Shown: positions 37,310 to 49,400 of the stretch, one piece after another
Layout: each line of letters starts with the position of its first letter
How positions within the stretch are numbered: the stretch's first letter is position 1
Source of the DNA: Spirochaetia bacterium
Lineage (GTDB): Bacteria; Spirochaetota; Spirochaetia; SZUA-6; Bin103
DNA length: 64,000 nucleotides
NCBI GenBank assembly: GCA_965203905.1
Contig: CBDBDQ010000005.1
Coordinates: 1,824,001-1,888,000, forward strand
Reading direction: 5' to 3'
Translations under genes and position numbers: made by a program
The notes under the pieces: model-generated
Seen by the model: only the letters and a program-made list of their open reading frames with translations
Told to the model about the DNA's origin: nothing
Databases searched by the model: none

Positions 37310-38035
37310 GTGGCGCCGGAGACCGGACGGACGGCGGCACCCGCGAGCAACCGCATCCTCGTGGTCGAGGACGATGTCGACATCATGGAGCTGATCCGCT
37401 TCAACTGCGAGAAGGAGGGCTTCGTCACCCTGGCGGCCACTTCCGCCGAGGAAGCCCTGCGCTCGGTGGAGCAGGTCTCGCCGGCACTGATCATGGTGGA
37501 CATCATGCTGCCCGGCATCGACGGCCTGGCACTGTGCCGGGTGCTGAAGTCCAACGTCATGACCCGCGGCGTGCCGATCATCATGGTCTCCGCCAAGGGG
37601 GAGGAGGCGGACATCGTGGCCGGCCTGGAACAGGGCGCCGAGGACTACATCACCAAGCCGTTCAGCCCGCGTATCCTGATCGCCCGGCTCAAGGCGGTGT
37701 TGCGGCGCCACGGCGTGGAGGTGCATGACGAGCAGGCCCCGCTTACCGTGGGCGAGCTGACCATCCATCCCGGCAGGCGTGAAGTGAAGTTCGCCGGGCA
37801 GCCGGTGCGCCTCACCGCCACCGAGTTCGCGGTGCTGCACTTTCTCGCCAACCATCCCGGCTGGGTGTTCACCCGCAACCAGTTGGTGGCGGCGGTCCAC
37901 GGCCCCGACTACCCGGTCACCGACCGTTCCATCGACGTACTCATCGCCGGGGTGCGCAAGAAGCTGGGCGCCGGCAATCGGCTCATCGAGACCGTGCGCG
38001 GCGTCGGCTATCGCTTCTCCGACCCCACCCCGTAG
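37310..38035 (+). CDS. OmpR/PhoB-family response regulator
   Basis: ILVVEDD, DIMLPGIDG, DYITKPFS, RSIDV, ETVRGVGY. Confidence 0.92.
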   Translation: MAPETGRTAAPASNRILVVEDDVDIMELIRFNCEKEGFVTLAATSAEEALRSVEQVSPALIMVDIMLPGIDGLALCRVLKSNVMTRGVPIIMVSAKGEEADIVAGLEQGAEDYITKPFSPRILIARLKAVLRRHGVEVHDEQAPLTVGELTIHPGRREVKFAGQPVRLTATEFAVLHFLANHPGWVFTRNQLVAAVHGPDYPVTDRSIDVLIAGVRKKLGAGNRLIETVRGVGYRFSDPTP

Positions 38036-38070
38036 TGTGGCGCTCCGGGAGCGCGGGCGAGGGGCCGCGG

Positions 38071-39372
38071 ATGGCACTGGTCGCCGGCGCCGTGGCGGCG
38101 GTGGCCGCGCTGGGAGTGGTGACCGGAGTGGCCGCGGGGAGCGGCGGCGGCCTGCCGGTCATCGCGGCCGCCGCCGTGCTGCTGGCCGCCGCCGGCGCGG
38201 CGCTGCTGGCGGTCCGGCGTTGCTACGGCCGGCCGGCCGCGCGCAGCGCCCTGATCCTGGCCGAGGCGGCCGGGTCCGGCGGTCAGCCTGACCTGCCGCT
38301 GGAAACGGTGGCGGATGCCGCACAAGCACGGATCAGCCGTCTGGAGCTCGCCGGTCAGCGCCTGAGCGCGGTGATCGGCGCGCTGCCGCAGGGGGTGCTG
38401 GTGTTTGGCCCCGACGGCGCGCTGCTGGAGATCAACCACACGGGGGCGGAGATGATAGGAGCCGCCGCCGGTGCCAGGATGACCCTGAACAGCGGGCTCC
38501 TGCAGCAGCACGGCGTAGCCGCGGTGGCGGAGCCGGCGCTGCACCACGGCGAGCGCGCCGAGGCCGACTGCCGGATTCCCGGCCCCGAAACGCGCTGGCT
38601 GCAGGCCCAGAGTCAGCCGTTTACCAGCTCGGAGGGCGAGCGCGGCGCGCTGGTGGTGCTGCACGACGTGACGCGGCTGCGCCACCTGGAGCAGATGCGG
38701 AGCGATTTCGTGGCCAACGTGTCACACGAGCTGCGCACACCGATCACCTCGATCGCCGGCTTCGTGGAGACCCTGCTCGACAGCGAGATGTACAACGGCG
38801 CGCAGGCGCGGCACTTCCTGGAGATCATCGTCAAGCATTCGAGCCGCCTGGAAGCGATCATCGACGACCTGATGAGCCTGGCGACCATCGAGCTCGGCGA
38901 GGAGCGCCGCAGCATCACCTTCAGCGACACGGCGCTGGCTCCGGTGATCTCGGCCGCGGTGCTGTCGTGCGGCCAGCTCGCCGCGGCGGGCGGGGTCGGG
39001 TTGCAGGAGGAGTGCGATCCCGACCTTACCTGCCGCATGAACGCGCAGCTCGTGGAGCAGGCGGTCACCAACCTGCTCGACAACGCCATCAAGCACAGCG
39101 ACCGCCAGGCCCGGGTCATGGTACGAGCGCGGCGCAACGCGAGCGGCGTGCTGATCGAGGTGACCGACACCGGCATCGGCATCGCGCCGGAGCACCAGCA
39201 GCGCATCTTCGAGCGCTTCTACCGCGTGGACCGCGCCCGCAGCCGGGAGCACGGCGGCACCGGCCTCGGCCTGGCCATAGTCAAGCACATCGCCCAGGCG
39301 CACGCCGGCGACGTGAGCGTGCGCAGCACGGTGCGCCACGGCAGCACCTTTACCCTGCGCCTGCCCGGCTAG
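38071..39372 (+). CDS. PhoR-like PAS sensor histidine kinase
   Basis: Two TM segments, DFVANVSHELRTP, NLLDNAIK, FERFYRVD, GTGLGLAIVKH; start approximate. Confidence 0.9.
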   Translation: MALVAGAVAAVAALGVVTGVAAGSGGGLPVIAAAAVLLAAAGAALLAVRRCYGRPAARSALILAEAAGSGGQPDLPLETVADAAQARISRLELAGQRLSAVIGALPQGVLVFGPDGALLEINHTGAEMIGAAAGARMTLNSGLLQQHGVAAVAEPALHHGERAEADCRIPGPETRWLQAQSQPFTSSEGERGALVVLHDVTRLRHLEQMRSDFVANVSHELRTPITSIAGFVETLLDSEMYNGAQARHFLEIIVKHSSRLEAIIDDLMSLATIELGEERRSITFSDTALAPVISAAVLSCGQLAAAGGVGLQEECDPDLTCRMNAQLVEQAVTNLLDNAIKHSDRQARVMVRARRNASGVLIEVTDTGIGIAPEHQQRIFERFYRVDRARSREHGGTGLGLAIVKHIAQAHAGDVSVRSTVRHGSTFTLRLPG

Positions 39373-39437
39373 CCTAGGCCCAACCCGGTATTCCTTGCTC
39401 GGTGCGGAGCGGGGCTCTATACTTGAGAAATCTATTC

Positions 39438-40733
<1,296 letters not shown>

Positions 40734-40748
40734 CGCTCGGGCTCAGAC

Positions 40749-41300
40749 TCAGACGGTGGCCGGTGCCGGTTTCGGGCGGTCCAGGTGGATGAGGCTGCCG
40801 ACCGCTTCCGACTGGTGCTGGTACTTGCCGCGGTAGGGACGCTCGGTGCTGCGGTCCAGTTGCGCGAACACGATCTGACAGATGCGCCGCCCGGCGCGCA
40901 GCCGGATCGGCAGCCGGTTGGCGTTGAACAGCTCCAGCGTGAGGGTGCCGTCGAAGCCGGGGTCGACCCAGCCGGCGTTCTGAATGAACAGCCCGAGGCG
41001 CCCGATCGAGCTGCGACCCTCGACGAACGCGGTGATGTTGTCGGGCAGCCTGATCCGCTCGCGGGTGACGGCGAGCAGGAACGAGAGCGGGGGGATCACG
41101 ATCTCCTCGGTGCGCAACTCGACGTAGCGCAGCTCGGTATCCAGGGTGATGCGGTCGACGGCGTTCTCGTCCACCTTGAGGAAATGATCGCCTAACGTGA
41201 GGTCGATGGAGGCGGGCTGCGACTGATCCGGTTCCAGCGGCTCCACCACTACCGCGCCCTCGGCCATGAGCTGGCGCAGGGTCTCGTGGGAGACGATCAC
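40749..41300 (-). CDS. dcd: dCTP deaminase
   Basis: QPASIDL, EGRSSIGRLG, AGWVDPGF, TLEL, ICQI, YRGKY; RBS AAGGAGG. Confidence 0.95.
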   Translation of the reverse strand: MIVSHETLRQLMAEGAVVVEPLEPDQSQPASIDLTLGDHFLKVDENAVDRITLDTELRYVELRTEEIVIPPLSFLLAVTRERIRLPDNITAFVEGRSSIGRLGLFIQNAGWVDPGFDGTLTLELFNANRLPIRLRAGRRICQIVFAQLDRSTERPYRGKYQHQSEAVGSLIHLDRPKPAPATV

Positions 41301-41384
41301 GGCGGTGCGGACCTCCTTGCTGTGCCGGGATACGCGATGGAGGTTAGGTCCAAAACTCTGACGTGTCAAACCGACTCTCCACCG

Positions 41385-41530
41385 GGTAGTGCGTTAGTTT
41401 GCTTTCAGTTTTCTACGGAGGCCCGTTTCTGGTAGGTCCGGGCGTACTGGACCGCTGGCGCCCGCTCGTCGATCAGCTCGACCAGCTGCTCCAGGCTCGC
41501 TGGCCGATCCGCCAGGTCGGCCGCATGCCC
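41385..41530 (-). mobile_element. Probable IS1-family transposase C-terminal remnant with one terminal repeat
   Basis: AADLADRPASLEQLVELIDERAP...YQKR then CAAACTAACGCACTACC (GGTAGTG terminus on + strand). Confidence 0.45.
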
Positions 41531-41639
41531 ACTTGTACCATCGCAGACGTATGTCTGGCAAGTGGCAGCGTGAGATATTTCTATTGGGGGTAATGGGTTG
41601 AGTGCAACCGAGAAATAAGGAACGTCTTCGACTCTGCTC

Positions 41640-41921
41640 TTAACCGGCCTTCTGCTCCAGGTCGGCAACGCGGCGCTCCAGCGCCGTCAAGCGCTCATCC
41701 GTCGTCACCCGCGCCGCCGCTTGCCCTTGTACTACCTCGAAGATTCGATCAACCTTCTCTGGTAGGTCGGCCAGCGCATCTACTTTCTCGGTCAGGACCT
41801 TCTGGCCGGCCTCCAAGCTGCCAACCTTCTCAATCAGAACCTTCTGGCCAGTCTCCAAGCTGCCGAGCCTATCCTCCATACCGCCGAGACGGCGGAGCAC
41901 CTCAGCCTCGAATTCGCTCAT
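41640..41921 (-). CDS. Small coiled-coil protein with a 14-aa tandem repeat
   Basis: GSLETGQKVLIEKV / GSLEAGQKVLTEKV; heptad pattern throughout. Confidence 0.7.
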   Translation of the reverse strand: MSEFEAEVLRRLGGMEDRLGSLETGQKVLIEKVGSLEAGQKVLTEKVDALADLPEKVDRIFEVVQGQAAARVTTDERLTALERRVADLEQKAG

Positions 41922-42111
41922 CTCAAACCCCCGATTATCATGTCTTCACCTTGACACATTTGGCCGTTGTTGTCGACACCAATCGGCTGGGGGTGCATTC
42001 CGGTATTGTGGCGCCAGCCGCCAGAGAGCACGCGCGGGATTGGATCGCGGCGAATGCACCCCTCGATGATGGCGCGCGCGGCGGGTAGGGCGGCAGGCGG
42101 CTCCTGGCCGG

Positions 42112-43107
42112 CTACCGGCGGTGCAGCCGCTTCCGGAAGTCGGCCTCGCTGACGCAGGCGGTGGCGGCCGCGACGATGGCGTGGCGGGGCAGTTCGGCGA
42201 AGCCGGGCACGCCGGGGAATCCGGGCGCGAGCACGATGCCGCGCGCCGCCAACAGCGCTCGTGCAAACTCGATGCGTTCTTCCGCGCGGCCTTCCGCGCG
42301 GCTGCGGCGGCGCTGCGCGCCCAGCAGGGGGTCGTCGTCCGGGCCGGTGCCCTCCCGCTCCCCGAGCGCCGCGCCCACCCGCTCCAGTACCGCGCTGGTC
42401 GCCACCGAAAGCGTCTCCTCGTTCAGCGCCGCGTGGATCTCCGCCGCCGTCCAGCCGGGAAACGCCCGGCTCTCCGCCACCTGCCGATACGCCCCATCCT
42501 CCAGCAGGTGGATGGTCAGTCCCGAGCGCCGGCTGCGCGGCCGGCTCGGCGCACCCACATCGGGCACCTCGATCCACACTTCCGGGAACCCCCACGCCTC
42601 GTACTGCGGCAGCTTGCGCCGGCGCGCGTCGGTGCTGTGGTCCACTTCCAGCACCACGTCCGGGAAGTCGTGCTCGCCAACCGTCAGCACCGGACGCGGC
42701 AACCGGGCGCGCGCCGGGTGCAGGTACACCGACTGGTCCGCCTGCATGATGAGGCGCGGCTCGCCGTGCGCGTCGCGCTCGGTGAGGTCGGTGCTGCCGA
42801 AGCACTCCACCGCCCCACCCCGCACCTGGGCGATGCGCTCGGCCAACGCGGTCAAGCCATGCGCGGGGCCTTCGTGCCAGGAGCTGACCGGATCGCAGAT
42901 CCAGGCGGTCTCGGAGACGCTGTCCCAGTATTCCAGCCGGATCTCGCAGTCGTCCAGTTCCTCGCGCGGCAGGCGCACCGGCTTGCAGCCGGGGAAGTCC
43001 GCCGCCGTGGGCGGCTGGACGCCGGGCGCCGGGTCCGCGGGCTGAGCCGTTCCCGGCGCCTCGACCGGCGCCTCGACCTGCGGACCGAGCGGGCGTACCG
43101 AAGCCAT
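42112..43107 (-). CDS. Uma2-family (PD-D/ExK) endonuclease-like protein
   Basis: MQADQSVY, PDVVLEVDHS, YEAWGFPEVW, SRAFPG. Confidence 0.85.
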   Translation of the reverse strand: MASVRPLGPQVEAPVEAPGTAQPADPAPGVQPPTAADFPGCKPVRLPREELDDCEIRLEYWDSVSETAWICDPVSSWHEGPAHGLTALAERIAQVRGGAVECFGSTDLTERDAHGEPRLIMQADQSVYLHPARARLPRPVLTVGEHDFPDVVLEVDHSTDARRRKLPQYEAWGFPEVWIEVPDVGAPSRPRSRRSGLTIHLLEDGAYRQVAESRAFPGWTAAEIHAALNEETLSVATSAVLERVGAALGEREGTGPDDDPLLGAQRRRSRAEGRAEERIEFARALLAARGIVLAPGFPGVPGFAELPRHAIVAAATACVSEADFRKRLHRR

Positions 43108-43252
43108 GCCGGCACGGTACGGCATTCCACCGGCCCGCTGCAACCGCGCGCTCGATGATGGGTGCATTCAAGTGAGTCACTACCTCCACCACGTCGGGTG
43201 GTCGAAGAGGATGGCCCGGCCGTGGCCGGCGGCGCACCCGGCTATGGAAAGG

Positions 43253-43382
43253 TGTTCGCAAGTGCGACAGTGGTGCCGCGTTCTGCGCCGACGCCGGTCG
43301 GCGATCGTTACCGTCTTTCCATGCAAGGAGATCCGGCGTTGCACGGGGAGCGCGGCGGGGCCGACTGTTGCGGAGTGCGACA
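43253..43382 (+). promoter_or_regulatory. Candidate enhancer sites for a sigma54 activator
   Basis: TGTTCGCAAGTGCGACA (43253-43269) and TGTTGCGGAGTGCGACA (43366-43382), imperfect palindromes upstream of a -24/-12 box. Confidence 0.45.
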
Positions 43383-43463
43383 GTTGGCCGATGCCGTTGC
43401 GAACCACTGCATCGTGCGTGAAGTGATGCCCCCGAAATGACTTGCGCTGCGGTTGCGGGTGCT

Positions 43464-43479
43464 TGGCATGGTTCCTGCT
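43464..43479 (+). promoter_or_regulatory. Sigma54 (-24/-12) promoter
   Basis: TGGCATGGTTCCTGCT = GG-N10-GC, directly upstream of the adhesin ORF. Confidence 0.7.
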
Positions 43480-43491
43480 TTACAAGTGGCC

Positions 43492-46400
43492 ATGCGAACT
43501 CTCACGGTCACTGGCGAAAGAACGGAACGATTGCGACTTGCGGTGCCGGCCGCCATCCTGCTTGCGCTGGCGGCGCTGCTCGGTGCGCCGCAGGGCGTGG
43601 CGGCCGAGTCACTGGACCCGGGAACGGTGGTGGCGGCGCAGGTCGAGGAGTCCGAGCCCGCGCCGGTGTTCGACGAGGGCGCCGCGGCAACTCGCCAGGT
43701 GGCCGAGAGCGCGAACGCCGGGGTCCACGTCGGTGGCCCGGTCACCGCTACCGCCGCCGATGACAACGACGCCGCGCTGACCTACTCGCTCAGCGGCGCC
43801 GCCGAGTTCACCATCGACGCGGCCAGCGGACAGATCAGGGTCGCCGGCGGTGCGGCGCTCGACTTCGAGACCAAATCCTCCTACCTGGTGACGGTGGGGG
43901 TCAGCGACGGCAAGGACGCCTCCGGCGACCCCGACGCCGCCATCGACGCCACCATCAGCGTCACCATCGCCGTGACCGACGTGGACGAGCCGCCGCCGGC
44001 GCCGGTCGCGCCTGCCGTGACCCGGCCGGCCAGCGCTCCCGAGACCTCGCTGGATGTGACCTGGACGGCGCCGGACACGACCGGCAGGCCGCCGCTCACC
44101 GACTACGACGTGCGCTATCGGGTGCCGGGCGAGGGCTGGAGCAGCGCGGTGCACGACGGCACCGCCACCACCACGACGCTCACCGGCCTGATCGCGAACA
44201 CCACCTACGAGGTGCAGGTGTCGGCTTCCAACGCCGAGGGCGGCGGCCCGTGGTCGGAGTCCGGATCGGGGACGACCGCGTTGGAGATACTGGAGCCGTC
44301 CCCGGTGTTCGACGAGGGGGACGTCGGTTCACTCCGCCAAGTGGCCGAGAACTCCGCCGCCGGGACCGCGGTGGGTCACCGCGTCACCGCTACCGATACC
44401 AACGACGCCATCCTGACCTACGCGCTCAGCGGGGCCGACGAGTTCACCATCGATGCGTCCAGCGGCCAGGTCAGGGTCGCCAGCGGCGCGGTGCTGGACT
44501 ACGAAGAAAAGGATTCCTACGTGGTGACGGTGAGCGTCAGCGACGGCAAGGACCAACACGGCTACCCCGACCCCGCCACGGACGACACCATCAGCTTCAC
44601 CATAGAGTTGATCGACGAGCTGGAGCCGCCGCCGGCGCTTGCGCTCCTCGTCGTGAGCGCGTCAGCCGCCAATCCCCAGACCTCGCTGGGGGTGGACTGG
44701 TCCGCTCCGGACATGACCGGTCGGCCGCCGCTCAGCGGATACGACGTGCGCTATCGGGTGCAGGGCAGCACCGGCTGGAGCCGCGCCGCGCACGACGGCA
44801 CCGCTACCACCGCGATGCTGGACGGCCTGACCGCGGGCACCACCTACGACGTGCAGGTAAAGGCGATCAACGACGAGGGCAGCAGCCCGTGGACGTCCGT
44901 CACCGCGACGACCGCGGCGGAGGTCACGGAACCGCAGTCGGCTCCGGTGTTCGACGAGGGGGCCGCGACGACGCGCCGGGTGGCCGAGAACACCCCCTGG
45001 GGGCACAGGGTAGGTGACCGCGTAACCGCCACAGACGCCGACGGCGACGCGCTCACCTACGCGCTCAGCGGAGCCGACCAGTTCACTATCGACGCGGCCA
45101 GCGGCCGGATCTACGTGGCGCGGGAGGTGGTGCTGGACTACGAGACGACCACCTCCTACACGGTGACGGTGAGCGTCAGCGACGGGAAGGACCTCGACGG
45201 CAACGCCGACGCCGCCACCGACGCCACCATCAGCGTCACCATCTACGTCACGGACCAAACGGAGAAGCCGCCCCAGCTTGACGGCCCAACGGTAAGTCCG
45301 CGGGCCGACGATGCGGAGACCTCTCTGGACGTGGCCTGGTCCGCTCCGGACATGACCGGCAAGCCGGCCATCACGCGCTACGACCTGCGTTATCGGCCGA
45401 AGACGCCCGACAACGGCTGGAGCACCGCCACGTACGACGACACCCGCACCAGCACCACCCTCACCGGCCTGATTCCGGGCACCACCTATCTGGTGCAGGT
45501 GCGGGCCACCAACGCCGACGGCAGCAGCGAATGGTCGGACCACGGCGAGGGGACGACCGCGGAGGCGAGCACGAACTCCGGGCCCACCAACGTGGAGCCG
45601 AAGTTTCTCGCTAACAATGCGCTACGCACGGTTGCCGAGAACTCCGGCGTGGGGACGGCGGTCGGTGAACCGATTGCCGCCACCGACGCCGACGCCGACA
45701 CGCTGACCTATTCGCTCTCCACGCCGCCCGACTCGAGGGACCCCATGTTTACCATCGACGCGGCCAGTGGCCAGATCAGAGTCGCCAGCGGCGCGGTGCT
45801 GAACTACGAAGACGCAGTCGCTCGCCGCCACAGCATGACGGTCTGGGTGACTGACGGCAAGAGCTCCACCGGCGGCGTCGATGCCAGCGGTGACGTCTCC
45901 ATCGCCGTCATGATCGACGTGTCCGACGAGTTGGAGCCACCGCCCACCCTTGCCGCGCCCTCCGTGACCCCCACCGCCAGCGCCCCCCAGACCTCACTGG
46001 ACGTAACCTGGGTCGCTCCGGACATGACCGGCAAGCCGTCGATCGACACCTTCGACGTGCGCTACCGGGTGCAGGGCCACGCCGCCTGGAGCACCATTTA
46101 CGCCAGCTTCCGGCTCATCGTCGGTGGCGCCGAAGGACAGTTGCGGACAGCAACGCTCGAAGACCTAATCGCGGGCACCACCTACGAAGTGGAGGTTCGG
46201 GCGACCAACGACGAGGGCACCAGCCCGTGGTCGGACGCCGGCACGGGGACCACGGCGGCGGAGGTCAGGGAGTCCAATCCGCCTCCGGTGTTCGACGAGG
46301 GCACCGCGGCATTCCGCCAGGTGGCGGAGGACTCCGGCTCCGGGAGCGCGGTCGGCGAGCCCGTCATCGCGACCGACTCCAACGACGACACGCTGGCCTA

Positions 46401-49400
46401 CTCCCTCGGCGGGGCCGACGAGTTCACGGTGGACGCGGACAGCGGCCAGATCCGGGTTGCCAGCGGCGTGGTGCTGGACTTCGAAGCGCAACCCTCCTAC
46501 ACGGTGACGTTGAGCGTCAGCGACGGGAAAGACCTCGACGGCGACTCCGACGCCACCGCGGACGCGACCATCAGCGTCACCATCGACCTGACCGACGTGA
46601 ACGAGCCGCCGCCGACACCGGCCGCGCCTTTCGTGACCACGCCGAGCAGCGGCGCGCAGACGTCGCTGGACGTGTTCTGGACCGCCCCGGACATGACCGG
46701 CAGGCCGCCGATCACCGACTACGAGGTGCGCTACCGGGTGCAGGGCTCCACCGGCTGGAGCGGCGGGGCGTACCGCGGCATCAGCACCAGCACCACGCTC
46801 ATCGGCCTGTTCGCGGGCGCCACCTACGAGGTGCAGGTACTGGCGAGCAACGCCGAGGGCAGCAGCCCGTGGTCGGCTTCCGGTACGCGGACGACGGTCG
46901 CGGCGCAACAGAAGTCGGGACCCAACGAGGCTCCGAGGTTCGATCAGGGCGCCTCGGTAGTCCGCAAGGTGGCCGAGAACGCCGCGGCCGGGACCGCGCT
47001 CGGTGCCGCCGTGACCGCCTTCGATCCCGACGGCGATACGCTGATCTACTCGCTCAGCGGTTCCGACCAGTTCACCATCTCGGCGGCCGGCGGCCAGATC
47101 AGCGTGGCGCCGGGCGCGGGGCTGGACTTCGAAGCCAACCCCTCCTACACGGTGACGGTGAGCGCCAGCGACGGCAGGGACGACGACGGCGGCGCCGACG
47201 CCACCGCGGACGCCCACGTCAGCGTCAGCATCGAGCTGATCGACGTGGCCGAGTTGCCCACCGCGCCCGCCGCCCCCGTCGTACGCAGGTCGGGCAGCGA
47301 TCCGGAGACCGCGCTGGACGTGAGCTGGGTGGCACCGGACATGAGCGGCAAGCCACCGATCACCGACTACGACGTGCGCTACCGGGCGCAGGGCAGCATC
47401 GGCTGGAGCAACGCCAACCACGACGGCCCCAACCGCAACATTACGCTCAAGGACCTGGCCGCGGGCACGCCCTACGAGGTGCAGGTGCTGGCCAGGAACG
47501 AAGACGGCAGCAGTCCGTGGTCGGCTTCCGGCAGGACGGCGCTCAAGGACTACGAGCCGGCTCCGGCGTTCGACGAGGGGGCCGCGGCAACCCGCCGGGT
47601 GACCGAGAACTCCCGCGCCGGGACCGCGGTCGGCGCGCCGGTCACCGCCACCGACGCCAACGACTCCGCGCTGACCTACTCGCTCAGCGGCGCCTTGGAC
47701 TTCGCCATCGACGCGACCGGCCAGATCAGGGTCGCCAGCGGCGCCGTGATGGACTACGAAGCGCAGCCCTCCTACACGGTGACGGTGAGCGTCAGCGACG
47801 GCAAGGACCGCACCGGCAAGGCCGAAGACGACCCCGCCACCGACGCCAGCATCAGCGTCACCATCGAGGTGCGCGACGTGGACGAGCCGCCGCCGGCGGT
47901 TGGCACGCCGGTCGTGACCAGGCCGGCCGGCTCCGAGACCTCGCTGGACGTAACCTGGACTGCACCGAACATGAGCGGCAAGCCGGAGATCACCGGCTAC
48001 GACGTGCAGTACCGGGAGTCCGACACGACGGCCTGGATGCCGCACGCGTTCAGCGGTACCGGTGTGGAAACCACGATCACGCGGCTCCAGGAGAGCACCC
48101 GCTACGAGGTGCAGGTGCGGGCCAGGAACGACGAGGGCATCGGCCGCTGGTCGCCCATCAAAGCGACGCGGCCGATGGTGCAGATCAGCGGCCCGAGCGA
48201 GACCCAGACGGGGCGCTTCGCGGTCCACTTCACGGTGATGCCGGAAGACGTGGCAGACTTCGATGGCGCAGACGTCGAAGTGACCAACGGCAGCGTGGAG
48301 TCGTTCGAGCACCTCGGAAGGGGGACCTACGTTGCCCGGATCAAGCCGGAGGCAACCGGCACCGTGAGCGTGCGGGTGCCCGCGGGCAGCTTCCACGGCG
48401 ACGGCAAGGCCAACCGGGAGTCGAGTCTGTACCAGGTGGAGGTGGAGGATTCCGTCCCTTCGGTCCCCGCCGAGGTGTCGTTCGCGCTCGAGGAGAACCG
48501 CGCCGGACCGGTAGTCCTGGGTGCGATCACGGACGGCACCCCGCAGGGTGTCGGTGGCTGGACTTACACGATCGCGAGCGGCGCGGCGGGCAAGTTCGAG
48601 ATCGAGGAGGCGACCGGGCGCTTGAGCTACGTAGGGGAGGGCGAGGACTACGAGACACCGCCGTCCAGCTACACCCTGACCGTAACCACGACCAGCGTCA
48701 GCGGCCGCACCGCGTCGACCGTGGTCATGGTCCACGTCGTGAACGTCAACGAACCTCCGCAACCGGTGGGAAAGATCGCGAACTGGGTGATGCACTCCGG
48801 CGCGTCGATCACGTTCAACTCGGAGCCGTACTTCGTGGATCCGGATGGGGATTCCCTCCAATATAAGGCGGACTCGTCCGACCCCGTGGTTGCCACGGTC
48901 CAGACCTCGAGCCCGCCGGTGACGATTACCGCCCAGGCAGAGGGCAGGACGATGGTTACCGTGACGACCTGCGATCCGGCCAACGAGTGCGCAACGCAGG
49001 AGATGGAGGTTCGGGTCCTGGAGGAGAACATCGATTTCATTCCGGACGAGTTGGAGGTAAAGGAGGGCGCGCAGGAGACCTACACCGTCAATCTGCTCGA
49101 CGTGCCGCCGGGCCGGGTGACGATCACCCTGACGAGCGCCGATCCCGGCGCGGCAACGGTCTCACCCGGGCAGTTGACCTTCAACCCGGACAACTGGGAC
49201 ACGGGGCAACCGGTTACCGTTGCGGGCGTGCCGGACGCCGACCATGTCGACGAGACGGTCACCGTCATCCACTCCGCGAGCGGCATGGGTTACCGGGGCA
49301 GCGCCGAGTTCACGGTCACGGTCATGGACGACGACGTAGCGGGCGTAAGGCTCGACCCGACCGCCGTCCGCATGGACGAAGGTGCGCAGCAGTCCTATGA

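Noticed and set aside
41338-41878. Partial matches to the tRNA-Ala(CGC) 3' end (TGGAGGTTAGG at 41338; CCTATCCTCCA at 41868) as att sites
   Set aside because: Only 10-11 bp; one has a mismatch, the other is inverted and inside a CDS; no integrase
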